Positions 19,210 to 28,422 of a DNA stretch of 64,000 bases are shown piece by piece. The notes below the pieces were generated by a model. It did no database searches and was not told the origin of the DNA. It worked only from the letters and a program-made list of their open reading frames with translations. How positions within the stretch are numbered: position 1 is the first letter of the stretch; every line of letters starts with the position of its first letter. The stretch is from Anaerolineae bacterium (GTDB lineage: Bacteria; Chloroflexota; Anaerolineae; S140-20), in NCBI GenBank assembly GCA_027021705.1, contig JALUTT010000108.1, positions 1-64,000 of the forward strand, read 5' to 3'. The translations under genes and the position numbers were made by a program.

Positions 19210-22200
19210 ATGAAGGCCGGTCCACACCGTCTGCTATACGTATCGGCTGCTCTTGCCTTGCTGCTCCTGATCACGGCGGTCCCCGTGCTCGCCACCCGCC
19301 CGTCGGGTGAGAGGGCAAACCCGCCAACCTCCCCTGGACCCGACTCCCACGCTCTGCGTGAGAGTCCTCTTGTCTCCCGGCCCGGTTCCCACGCCCTGCG
19401 CGGGAGCCTCCCACCCGCCACCCGCCCGACGGAGGGGGCCGCTGCGCCCTTTGCACCCCACCGCGTCATCGTCAAGCTCCGGGGTGGCGTGCACCTTTTC
19501 ATCGGCCTGCGCGGGGCGGTCCACACCGGCCGGCCATCTCTGGACGCTCGCCTGACCACCCTGTCGGTCCGGTCCGCGCGGCCGCTCTTCCCCCACGTAC
19601 AGCAGCCGGATGGGTTCGGCCTCGACCGCATCTACCGCTTGGAGCTGGGGCCGGCAGCCGATGTCCTGAAAGCCGTGCAGCTTCTCTCCCACGACCCGGC
19701 CGTGGAATGGGCCGAGCCGGACTACCTGGCCTACCCCGCCGACACCACCCCCAACGACCCGCATTTCTCCGAACAATGGGGGCTGACCAAGATTCAAGCT
19801 CCGGCGGCCTGGGACGTTGTAACAGGTACGCAGACGGTGGTCATCGCCGTCGTGGACTCGGGCATCCAACAGGACCACCCCGACCTCGACGGCCACCTGT
19901 GGGTCAACCCGGGTGAGATTGCCGGGAACGGCGTGGACGACGACAACAACGGCTACGTGGACGACGTCCACGGCTGGAACTTCGTGGACGACTCGAACGA
20001 CGTCGCCGACGGCAACGGCCACGGCACCCAGGTGGCCGGCGTCGCCGCCGCCGAGAGCGACAACGGCATCGGCATCGCCGGGGTGTGCTGGAACTGCCGC
20101 ATCATGCCGGTCAAGGTGATGGCCGATTCCGGCATTGCCAACTACTCGGACATCGCCTCGGGTGTGCGCTACGCCGCCGACAAAGGGGCGCAGGTCATTA
20201 ACCTGAGCCTGGGCGGGTATGCTTACTCCAACGCCCTGCGGGAGGCGGTGGCTTACGCCGCCAACAAGGGCGCGGTGATTGTGGCCGGCGCGGGGAACGA
20301 CAACACCTCTTCCCCCTTCTACCCTGCCGCCTACGACGACGTGCTGGCCGTGGCCGGAACGGCGGACGACGACACCAAAGCGACCTTCTCCAACTATGGC
20401 GAGTGGGTCAACCTGGCTGCCCCCGCCGTGGCGATCACCACCACCTTCCTCGGCGGCGACTACGGCTCCGCCGACGGCACCAGCCTGGCGGCCCCCTTCG
20501 TCTCTGGCCTGGCGGGGCTGATCCGCAGCCGCTGGCCGGACTGGACGCTGGCGATGGTGCGCAGCCAACTGATGCAGACGGCGGACGACCTGGACACCCT
20601 CAATCCGGCCTACGCCGGCAAGCTGGGCGCGGGCCGCATCAACGCCGCCGCCGCGATGCAGGACCCCCATCCGGCGCTGACGCTGGCGGGAACGGCGGTG
20701 AACGGCGACCCCCTGGGCCGCCCTACTCCCGGCGAGGCGGCCACGCTGCTGGTCACGTTGGGCAACGACTGGCTGGACGCCACCGGCGTCACCGGCGTGC
20801 TCGCCACCACCGACCCCTACGTCGCGCTGGGGCAGGCGACCGCCTCCTACGGAGACATCCCTGCCGGCGGGAGCGGCGATTCCTCCCCCGCCTACACCTT
20901 CACCGTCGCCTCCGGCGCGGGGTACAACCACCCCATCCCCTTCACGCTGGAGGTGACGGCCAACGGTGGGGCGTACACGACCACCATCCCCTTCACCGTC
21001 ACCACCCGCAGCGGCGATGAGCACTTTTGCGGCACGGTGGCCGCGGACCAGACCTGGACCAGCGATAAGACCTACATCTTGGATTGCAACGTAGGAATCG
21101 CGCCGGGCTACACGCTGACCATCGAGGCCGGCACCGAGATCCACTTCAGCGGCAACTACACGCTGAGCGTGGGCGGGACGCTGATCGCCGACGGCACGGC
21201 GGCGGAGCCGATCCGCTTCATGCCCCACACCGAGGGTGGAAACTGGGGTCGCATCTTTTTCGATGACCCCGGCGTGGACGCCCGGACAACGGTGAGCGGC
21301 ACTTACCTGAGCGGTAACCTGCTGCGTTACGTGCGCATCGAGGGGGCGACGGGGGGCATCGGTTGCCAGAACACCACCCCCTACCTGGACCACGTGACGC
21401 TGACCGGTGGGGGGATGACCTGTGCTGTCGGTAATACTCCCCTTTGGGTGCAGGACAGTGATCTGCACGGCAATGTGTCCGCCACGGGGGGAAGCGCGGG
21501 TGTCAACCTGCTGCGCAGCACGGTGCGCGGCACCCTGAACCTGCCCGGCAATTCCCGGGTGCTCACCGCCACCGTCACCGGCGGCCTGACGGCCGGCACG
21601 AACAGCCTGATCCAGAACAACGACCTGGGCGGCAGCGTCAGCGCGGGCAACGATTCCACCGTTCGGGGGAACACCGTCCGCAACGGTGGCATCAGCGTGA
21701 GCGCCGGGGCTACCGTGGAGGAGAACGAGATCGAGTGTACCACCGGCTGGGGCATCCAGACTTCCGGCGTGGCGACGGTGCGCTATAACCGGATCGTGGG
21801 CTGTGCCTCCGGCATCCGGGGCCGCGGCACACTCCAGGGCAACCTGGTCGCCAACAGCGGCGGCATCGGCCTGGAACTGACCGGCTCCTCCACCGTGGTC
21901 AGCAACACCTTCACCGGGATCGGGGGCAGCGCGGTCAAGATTTCCGGCGGCAACGCGGTCACCATCACCGGCAACAACTTCGAGTTCAACGGCGGTGCTT
22001 ACGATGTCGAGAACCGCGTTCCCAAGACCACGATGGCGACGGTGGACGCCCGGGGCAACTGGTGGGGCACCACCAGTGACGCGGCCATCCGGCAGCGTAT
22101 CTACGACTTCAGCGACGACTACAACCTGGGCCAGGTGCTCTACAGCCCGGTGCTGACGCAACCCTCCGCCCTGGCGCCGGCCTACCTGCGGGCGATCACC

Positions 22201-23772
22201 CTGACGCCGGAGAGCCCGGTGGGCATCGAGACGGTGGCCTTCGACCTGCTCTTCAGCCGCGATATGGACCCGGAGGTCGCGCCGCAGGTGGCCTTTCACT
22301 CCACCTCCCTGCCGCGCTGGGATGCCCGCCACGACATGCCCACCGCGCGCTCTGGGCTGGCAGCGGCGGTCGGCCCCGACGAGCGCATCTACGCCATCGG
22401 GGGAGGTAATTCCGGCGGCCTGCTGGCGACGGTGGAGGCCTACGATCTGGCGAGCGACACCTGGAAGACGGTGGCCCCTATGCCCACCGCGCGCTGGGGG
22501 CTGGCAGCCGCCGTCGGCCCCGACGGGCACATCTACGCCATCGGGGGATATGCAAACGGCAGGTATCTGGCGACAGTGGAGGCCTACGATCCGGCGAGCG
22601 ACACCTGGGAGACGGTGGCCCCTATGCCCACCGCGCGCTACTTTTTGGCGGCTGCCGTCGGCCCCGACGGGCGCATCTACGCCATCGGGGGATATGCAAA
22701 CGGCAGGTACCTGGCGACGGTGGAGGCCTATGATCCGGCGAGCGACACCTGGGAGACGGTGGCTCCCATGCCCACCGCGCGCTATGCGCTGGCGGCAGCG
22801 GCCGGCCCCGACGGGCGCATCTACGCCATTGGAGGTTGGGGCGGCTTGCAGACGGTGGAGGCATACGATCCGGCGAGCGACACCTGGGAGACGGTCGCCC
22901 CCATGCCCACCGCGCGCTCTTACCTGGCGGCGGCGGTCGGCCCCGACGGGCGCATCTACGCCATCGGGGGATATAATAGTTACGGCAGCCTGCTGACAGC
23001 GCTGGCGACGGTGGAAGCCTACGACCCGACGCGCGACGCCTGGGAGACCGTTGCTCCGATGCCCACCGCGCGCTGGAGGCTGGCAGCCGCCGCCGGCCCC
23101 GACGGGCGCATCTACGCCATCGGGGGTAATTATAATTACGGCAGCCTGCTGGAGACGGTGGAGGTGCTAACCCTGGCAACCCTCTACACCGACTTCTACG
23201 GCGGCACGTGGCCCGCGCCCAATCGCTACCGCGTCTTCTACGACTTCTCCACCCTCGTCCCGCGCGATACCTACACCATCATCGTCTCCGGGGCGCGGGT
23301 GCCGGAGACGACCGGCTCCGGTACGCTCATCCTCCCCGTCCCCGGCGGGGGGATGGCGATGCCGCCCAACGCGGCCTACACCTTCACCGTGGATTACGCC
23401 GGGTCCATTAACGACACCACCGCGCCGCTGGCGCCGTATGTCGAGGCCTGTGCCGCCACTACGCCGGATACCCTCTCCGCTCACTGGTCGGCCTCCGATC
23501 CCGAGAGCAGCATTGACCGCTACCAATACGCCATCGGCCTTGCCCCCGGCGGTTCGGAGGTGGTCAATTGGACTTTCACCTCGTCGGCGTCGGTGACGCG
23601 CACCAACCTCTCCTTAACCTTCGGGCAGACCTACTACGTCAGCGTCAAGGCCCGCAACGTCGGCGGCATCTGGAGCGAGGCCACCAGCGTGGGGGTTGTG
23701 GCCGGGTCGGGGGGATGTGTGAGAGGAGGGCAGTCACAAGTCTACCTGCCGTTGGTATTGCGCAATTGGTAG
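19210..23772 (+). CDS. Secreted S8 subtilase with beta-helix region, six Kelch repeats, Fn3/Ig-like domain and YLPLVLR C-terminus
   Basis: Catalytic triad motifs VVDSG, HGTQVAG, GTSLAAP; NWWG beta-helix-associated motif; six MPTAR...IYAIGG...VEAYD repeats; RBS AAGGAGG. Confidence 0.92.
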   Translation: MKAGPHRLLYVSAALALLLLITAVPVLATRPSGERANPPTSPGPDSHALRESPLVSRPGSHALRGSLPPATRPTEGAAAPFAPHRVIVKLRGGVHLFIGLRGAVHTGRPSLDARLTTLSVRSARPLFPHVQQPDGFGLDRIYRLELGPAADVLKAVQLLSHDPAVEWAEPDYLAYPADTTPNDPHFSEQWGLTKIQAPAAWDVVTGTQTVVIAVVDSGIQQDHPDLDGHLWVNPGEIAGNGVDDDNNGYVDDVHGWNFVDDSNDVADGNGHGTQVAGVAAAESDNGIGIAGVCWNCRIMPVKVMADSGIANYSDIASGVRYAADKGAQVINLSLGGYAYSNALREAVAYAANKGAVIVAGAGNDNTSSPFYPAAYDDVLAVAGTADDDTKATFSNYGEWVNLAAPAVAITTTFLGGDYGSADGTSLAAPFVSGLAGLIRSRWPDWTLAMVRSQLMQTADDLDTLNPAYAGKLGAGRINAAAAMQDPHPALTLAGTAVNGDPLGRPTPGEAATLLVTLGNDWLDATGVTGVLATTDPYVALGQATASYGDIPAGGSGDSSPAYTFTVASGAGYNHPIPFTLEVTANGGAYTTTIPFTVTTRSGDEHFCGTVAADQTWTSDKTYILDCNVGIAPGYTLTIEAGTEIHFSGNYTLSVGGTLIADGTAAEPIRFMPHTEGGNWGRIFFDDPGVDARTTVSGTYLSGNLLRYVRIEGATGGIGCQNTTPYLDHVTLTGGGMTCAVGNTPLWVQDSDLHGNVSATGGSAGVNLLRSTVRGTLNLPGNSRVLTATVTGGLTAGTNSLIQNNDLGGSVSAGNDSTVRGNTVRNGGISVSAGATVEENEIECTTGWGIQTSGVATVRYNRIVGCASGIRGRGTLQGNLVANSGGIGLELTGSSTVVSNTFTGIGGSAVKISGGNAVTITGNNFEFNGGAYDVENRVPKTTMATVDARGNWWGTTSDAAIRQRIYDFSDDYNLGQVLYSPVLTQPSALAPAYLRAITLTPESPVGIETVAFDLLFSRDMDPEVAPQVAFHSTSLPRWDARHDMPTARSGLAAAVGPDERIYAIGGGNSGGLLATVEAYDLASDTWKTVAPMPTARWGLAAAVGPDGHIYAIGGYANGRYLATVEAYDPASDTWETVAPMPTARYFLAAAVGPDGRIYAIGGYANGRYLATVEAYDPASDTWETVAPMPTARYALAAAAGPDGRIYAIGGWGGLQTVEAYDPASDTWETVAPMPTARSYLAAAVGPDGRIYAIGGYNSYGSLLTALATVEAYDPTRDAWETVAPMPTARWRLAAAAGPDGRIYAIGGNYNYGSLLETVEVLTLATLYTDFYGGTWPAPNRYRVFYDFSTLVPRDTYTIIVSGARVPETTGSGTLILPVPGGGMAMPPNAAYTFTVDYAGSINDTTAPLAPYVEACAATTPDTLSAHWSASDPESSIDRYQYAIGLAPGGSEVVNWTFTSSASVTRTNLSLTFGQTYYVSVKARNVGGIWSEATSVGVVAGSGGCVRGGQSQVYLPLVLRNW
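22336..23165 (+). repeat. Six intragenic Kelch-coding tandem repeats (135-156 bp)
   Basis: atgcccaccgcgcgc at 22336, 22480, 22624, 22768, 22903, 23059. Confidence 0.95.
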
Positions 23773-23841
23773 AAGGACGCTGAGGACGCTGAGAGAAGAC
23801 GCTTCTCAGTGCCTTCACCCCCTTCAACGTTTCAGTGATTC
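23773..23841. repeat. Short palindromic repeat (family B), right copy
   Basis: gacgctgag x2, then agaagacgcttct, cagtgccttc...tcagtgattc. Confidence 0.75.
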
Positions 23842-23845
23842 AGGG

Positions 23846-24183
23846 CACAAAGGGCACCAAGATCACGAAGGCCACCAAGGAAGGGAAAGGGAAAACAGCC
23901 CTTTGTGCCCTTCGTGCTCGTCGTGTGCTTGGTGACCGGACCCGGCACCGCCTGTTCACGGCAGTCTGAGCCACAAAGGGCACCAAGGACACAAAGACCA
24001 CCAAGGGTGATAAAGGGAAAACAGCCCTTTGTGCCCTTCGTGCTCGTCGTGTGCTTGGTGACCGGATCCGGCACCGCCTGCTCACGGCAGCCTGAGCCAC
24101 AAAGGGCACCAAGGACACAAAGACCACCAAGGGTGATAAGTCGTGTGCTTGGTGACCAGACCCGGCACCGCCTGTTCACGGCG
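23846..24183. repeat. 126-bp-period palindromic tandem repeat (family A), right copy, about 2.6 units
   Basis: caaagggcaccaag at 23848, 23974 and 24100; third unit internally deleted. Confidence 0.92.
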
Positions 24184-24202
24184 GTGCTGACCAGCCCCCG
24201 GC

Positions 24203-24664
24203 TTAGCGGCGCAGGGTGGCGACCAGCCGCCGGGGGTGCAGGAGGAGCTCCAGGGCGGTCCCGATGTCGGGCACGAGGATGTCGGCCTGGCGCAGGGCGT
24301 CGGCGGCCAGCCCCTCCGGCCCCAGGATGACGATGCCCAGGGCAGCAGCCGCCAGCATCGCCGCGTCGTTAGCCCCGTTGCCGATGGCGACGACGGTGTC
24401 GGCCCCTAACTCCCGCACGAAGGCCGCCTTCTCCTCGGCCCCGCCGATCCGATGGGCGGTGAGCCCCAGTTGGGCGTCTATGGCCGCCTGCCGGCCGTGG
24501 GTGTCCGCCGTCAGCAGGTGCACCTCCAAGTGTCGGCGCAGGGCGGTCAGCCCCTCCGCCACACCCTCCAGCAGGTGGCCGTCCAGGGCCAGGGTCCCGT
24601 TGACGTCGAAGACGGCGTGGGCCAGGCGGTACTCCCCCCGGCCCGGCACGGTGATGGTGATCAT
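24203..24664 (-). CDS. Small HAD-superfamily hydrolase (soluble P-type ATPase-like)
   Basis: FDVNGTLA, LLTADTHG, IGNGANDAAML. Confidence 0.85.
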   Translation of the reverse strand: MITITVPGRGEYRLAHAVFDVNGTLALDGHLLEGVAEGLTALRRHLEVHLLTADTHGRQAAIDAQLGLTAHRIGGAEEKAAFVRELGADTVVAIGNGANDAAMLAAAALGIVILGPEGLAADALRQADILVPDIGTALELLLHPRRLVATLRR

Positions 24665-24677
24665 CTCCCGCTCCTGG

Positions 24678-25799
24678 TCAGCAGATCCGGGGCAACTGCT
24701 CTCCCACCAGGGTGTCCACGATGCGCGATCCGCCGATGCCGGTGCGGGCGATGACTATGCCCGGGTGCTCGGCGACCACCCGCCCGATGCGGGCCGCCTC
24801 CCGCCCCAGGGGATGGGCACGCATCGCCTCCAGGACCGCGTCGGCCGCCTCGGCCGGGAGCACGGCGATCAGCTTCCCCTCGTTGGCGACGTAGAAGGGG
24901 TCCAGCCCCAACATCTCGCAGGCGGCGGCCACGGCCGGTCGGATGGGCACGGCGGGCTCCTCCACCTCGATCCCCACGCCTGAGGCCGTGGCCAGCTCGT
25001 TCAGGGCGCTGGCCAGCCCCCCCCGGGTCGGGTCCCGCAGGCAGTGGATCTCCCGGCTCACCTCCAGCATCGCCTCGACCAGCGTGGACAGGGGGGCCGT
25101 GTCACTCTCCAGGGCCGTCTCGAAGGTCAGCCCCTCCCGCTGGGAGAGGACGGCGATGCCGTGGTCGCCGATGGTGCCGCTGACCAGGACTACGTCGCCG
25201 GGCCGGGCCCGGTCGGGGGCGATCTGGAGGTCGGCCGGCACCAGCCCCAGGCCGGTGGTGTTGATGTAGAGGCCGTCGCCGTGGCCCTTTTCCACGACCT
25301 TGGTGTCGCCGGCGACGATGGGCACGCCGGCCGCCTGGGCCGCGGTGGCCATCGAGGCCACCACCCGGCCCAGCGTTGCCATATCCAGCCCCTCCTCCAG
25401 GATGAAGCCGGCCGTCAGCCAGAGGGGGCGCGCCCCCACCATCGCCAGGTCATTCACCGTGCCGTGGACGGCCAACTGGCCGATGTCCCCGCCGGGGAAG
25501 AAGAGGGGGCTGACGGTAAAGCTGTCGGTGGAGAGGGCCAGGCGAAGGGGGGAGGCCCCCGGCCTCTCGTCCAGCGTCAGCACCGTCGCATCCCCCATCT
25601 GGCGCAGCGCCGGGTTGTCGAACTCGGCGGCGAAGAGGTGGCGGATCAGGTCGGCCGAGAGCTTGCCGCCCCCGCCGTGGCCCAAGACAATGGTCGGATA
25701 ATCCCGCAAAGGCAGCGGACAGGTCCAGCTTTCGATGGTCACAGGAGGCATAGGCGCAACCCTTCCCCGTTCGCGTTTCTGAGAATGCTCATCCGTCAC
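24678..25799 (-). CDS. hypE: Hydrogenase maturation carbamoyl dehydratase HypE
   Basis: HGGGG, PLFFPGGDIG, GTVNDLA, GDTKVV, RDPTRGG, ANEGK, C-terminal LPRIC. Confidence 0.96.
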   Translation of the reverse strand: MTDEHSQKRERGRVAPMPPVTIESWTCPLPLRDYPTIVLGHGGGGKLSADLIRHLFAAEFDNPALRQMGDATVLTLDERPGASPLRLALSTDSFTVSPLFFPGGDIGQLAVHGTVNDLAMVGARPLWLTAGFILEEGLDMATLGRVVASMATAAQAAGVPIVAGDTKVVEKGHGDGLYINTTGLGLVPADLQIAPDRARPGDVVLVSGTIGDHGIAVLSQREGLTFETALESDTAPLSTLVEAMLEVSREIHCLRDPTRGGLASALNELATASGVGIEVEEPAVPIRPAVAAACEMLGLDPFYVANEGKLIAVLPAEAADAVLEAMRAHPLGREAARIGRVVAEHPGIVIARTGIGGSRIVDTLVGEQLPRIC

Positions 25800-27859
25800 G
25801 CCAGGCCGGCCGGAGGGACGGAGGCGGGGAGGACGACGCAGAAAGTACTCCCGTCCCCCACCCGGCTGCTCACCTCCAGGTGCCCTCCGTGCAGCCGGAC
25901 GATCTCTTGGACGATGGAAAGCCCCAGGCCGGTGCCTGGGGCACGACTCTTCCGGGCCGCATAGCCCCGGTAGAAGCGGCTGAAGATCTGGTCCCGCTCC
26001 TCGGGGAGGATGCCGTAGCCGGTGTCGCGCACCTGGAGGACCAGCGCCTGCCGACCGACGGCCTCCCGCCGGCCCACCGAGACGGTGACCCGACCGCCGG
26101 CCGGCGTGTAGTGGATGGCGTTGGTGATCAGGTTGACCAGCACCTGGGTCAGGGCGTTGGCGTCGGCCTCCAGCGGGGCCTCGGGTAGCGCGGGCCGGAA
26201 GGCCAGGGAGACCCCCCGGTCCTCTGCCAGCCCCCGGTACTGGTCCACCACCTGGGCGGTCAGGTCCACCAGGTCCAGAGGCTCCCGGTGGATCATCTCG
26301 GCCCCTCGGAGGTCCAGCCGGGAGAGGTCCAGCAGGTCTTCTACCAACTGTTGCAAGCGGGCCGTCTCCCGGTCCAAGATGCGCCAGTACTCTCCCTGCT
26401 TCTCCGGCTTCCCCTTCCGCAGAAGGGTCTGGTAGAGCTTGATGTTGGTGATGGGGGTGCGCAGCTCGTGGGAGACGTGGGAGACGAACTGGCTCTTCAG
26501 CCGGTCCAGCTCGGCCAGCCGGCTCACGTCGTGCAGGGTGACCACCACGTCGCCGTCCATCGGCGCAGCGTGGGCCTGCAAAGTGACCGGCCCGAACTCC
26601 AGCAGCCGCTCCCGTTCCCGGCGGTGGGCGATCTCCTGGATCGCCCCCTGCAGGGCGGCGGGGTCCACACCCTTCAGCCGCCCTCCCAGCCAGCGCCGGG
26701 CCACCGGGTTGTCCAGGATGATCTCCCCTTCTCGGTTCAGCACCAGGATGCCGTCGGGAACGGTGGCGAGCACCGCCTCCAGGCGCTCTCGCTCCTCCCG
26801 CAGTTGGGCCGTGTGGGCTTCGATCTCCCGGATGCGGGCCAGGGTGATCATCGCCTCGCGGGCGATGGCCTGGAGGAAAGCCAGTTGCTGGGGGCTGAAG
26901 GCCCGGGGACGGGTGGCGAAGATCCCCAGCAATCCCAGGATCTCGCTGTCCGAGAAGAGGGGCGCGTACTCTTCCGAGGAAGGTTCCATGGTCAACGGAC
27001 GGGCCTGGGCATCGTAGTTGCGTCCTTCCTCAAGGACGAGGGACAGGCCATTCTCCTCCGGAATGTCTCCCCCCAGGGCAACGAAGTGAGCCCGCATCCG
27101 GGTCTCGACCGCAGCCACCGCCTCCGGAGAGAGAGGCAACCGCTTGTGGATGATCAGTTGGCGGTACCGGTTGGCGATGAGGAGCAGACAGGCGGCCACG
27201 TCGGGCCCCAAAGCCTGGTTGAGGGCATCCAACAGGGCGCGGGCGAGTTGGTCGTAGGTGATGACGGGGATGAAGCGGTGGCTCAGTTCGAAGAGGGCCT
27301 GCAGTTCCCCGGAGCGGGCGATGACCCGTGCCTCCAGGGCCGTATTGAGCCGCTGGAGATCCCGATGGAGCTGGGCTCGGGAGAGGGCAGCGGCGATCTG
27401 GTCGGCCAAGGCCCGCAAGAGCTGCACGTCCTCGTCGCCAAAGGCGTTCAGCCGGGGGCTTTCCACGTTCAGCACCCCCAGCTTCCGCTCGGCGGTGCGC
27501 AGGGGTACGGCGACCTCGGAGCGCATTCCCGGAGTGGCGACGATGTAACGGGGTTCCTGGCGCACATCGGGCACCACGATGGGCCGGCCCGTGCTCAACG
27601 CCAGGCTGGCGACGCCCTCCCCCAGAGGGACTGCCTGAGGGGCGTCGGGGGCGAGGCCTCGATAGGAGGGATGGGGGCGCAGGACACCAGCGGTTTCATC
27701 CAGCAACAGCACACCTAGGTGATCGGGATAGAGATGGCGAGCGATGACATCACAAACCCGCTCCAACAGTTCATCGGGGTCAGCGGCCGCTGCTGAAGCG
27801 GCGGCGACCTCGTACATCACAGTCAGTTCTTTCAACGTTCTTCCCTGATAGGGCGTCAT
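25796..27859 (-). CDS. Cytoplasmic GAF-GAF-PAS histidine kinase
   Basis: GAF motifs SEVAVPL and GVLNVES; VSHELRTP, NLITNAIHY, DTGYG, GTGLGL; ATG 27859 follows AAGGAG. Confidence 0.9.
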   Translation of the reverse strand: MTPYQGRTLKELTVMYEVAAASAAAADPDELLERVCDVIARHLYPDHLGVLLLDETAGVLRPHPSYRGLAPDAPQAVPLGEGVASLALSTGRPIVVPDVRQEPRYIVATPGMRSEVAVPLRTAERKLGVLNVESPRLNAFGDEDVQLLRALADQIAAALSRAQLHRDLQRLNTALEARVIARSGELQALFELSHRFIPVITYDQLARALLDALNQALGPDVAACLLLIANRYRQLIIHKRLPLSPEAVAAVETRMRAHFVALGGDIPEENGLSLVLEEGRNYDAQARPLTMEPSSEEYAPLFSDSEILGLLGIFATRPRAFSPQQLAFLQAIAREAMITLARIREIEAHTAQLREERERLEAVLATVPDGILVLNREGEIILDNPVARRWLGGRLKGVDPAALQGAIQEIAHRRERERLLEFGPVTLQAHAAPMDGDVVVTLHDVSRLAELDRLKSQFVSHVSHELRTPITNIKLYQTLLRKGKPEKQGEYWRILDRETARLQQLVEDLLDLSRLDLRGAEMIHREPLDLVDLTAQVVDQYRGLAEDRGVSLAFRPALPEAPLEADANALTQVLVNLITNAIHYTPAGGRVTVSVGRREAVGRQALVLQVRDTGYGILPEERDQIFSRFYRGYAARKSRAPGTGLGLSIVQEIVRLHGGHLEVSSRVGDGSTFCVVLPASVPPAGLA

Positions 27860-28187
27860 CGTGGAATCGCTCCTTATCAATGGGGCCGCGACGGCTTCCC
27901 TTCTCGACGGCAGCGGTCGGAGCGTCTATCGCACTCAGGAGATTTCGGCATTGGAGGGAGCGAAGAGGACAGCGAGGAAGAGGCGTAACGGACCGCTGCA
28001 AACGGTCCGCCATCCCACAGAGACGCATATGAGTTGAGCCCGGCTGAAGTCCGAGAAGCGGGGTTTGAGCGTCGGCGAGTCCGCGAACCCGACTTGAGCC
28101 GTGTGCCCTCGTTTTTAACCCAATCGAGCCGACGCAGTAGCTGACAGCGAGGCGATCCTATCCGATCTGGAGCCCACTGCCAGGTGA

Positions 28188-28216
28188 AGTATATCACCTT
28201 TTGCCAGGAAAAGCAA
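28188..28216 (-). promoter_or_regulatory. Sigma70-type promoter for kinase-hypE-HAD
   Basis: TTGCTT-17bp-TATACT with TG extension on the minus strand. Confidence 0.5.
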
Positions 28217-28393
28217 TCGGATGGCGAATTCCTGGTGATTACCCACAAGTGAGCGAGGGGATGGGCTGCGGTAGGCCGTCCACGAAGGCGCACATGAGGT
28301 GTCCCTCTTTTTGATGTTGATGTATTCCGTGCCCATCCGTGGATGGCCAATCTCCCTATCCCCAAGATAAGGGAAATCACCAGCGAATTCCCT

Positions 28394-28422
28394 TTGACAG
28401 TTCGCCCAATCTCGTTTACAAT
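28394..28422 (+). promoter_or_regulatory. Sigma70-type promoter for the EF-G paralogue
   Basis: TTGACA-17bp-TACAAT. Confidence 0.75.

Noticed and set aside
22336..23165. Diversity-generating retroelement target
   Set aside because: No reverse transcriptase or non-coding template repeat is in the window, and the variation includes indels, which adenine-specific substitution alone would not produce. A remote DGR cannot be excluded.
23846..24183. Possible CRISPR array
   Set aside because: Whole 126-bp units are near-identical with no unique spacers, and there are no cas genes in the window.
28034..28130. Possible mini-CRISPR from the 30-bp periodic motif
   Set aside because: The repeated core is only about 7 bp and the period is far shorter than a repeat plus spacer.
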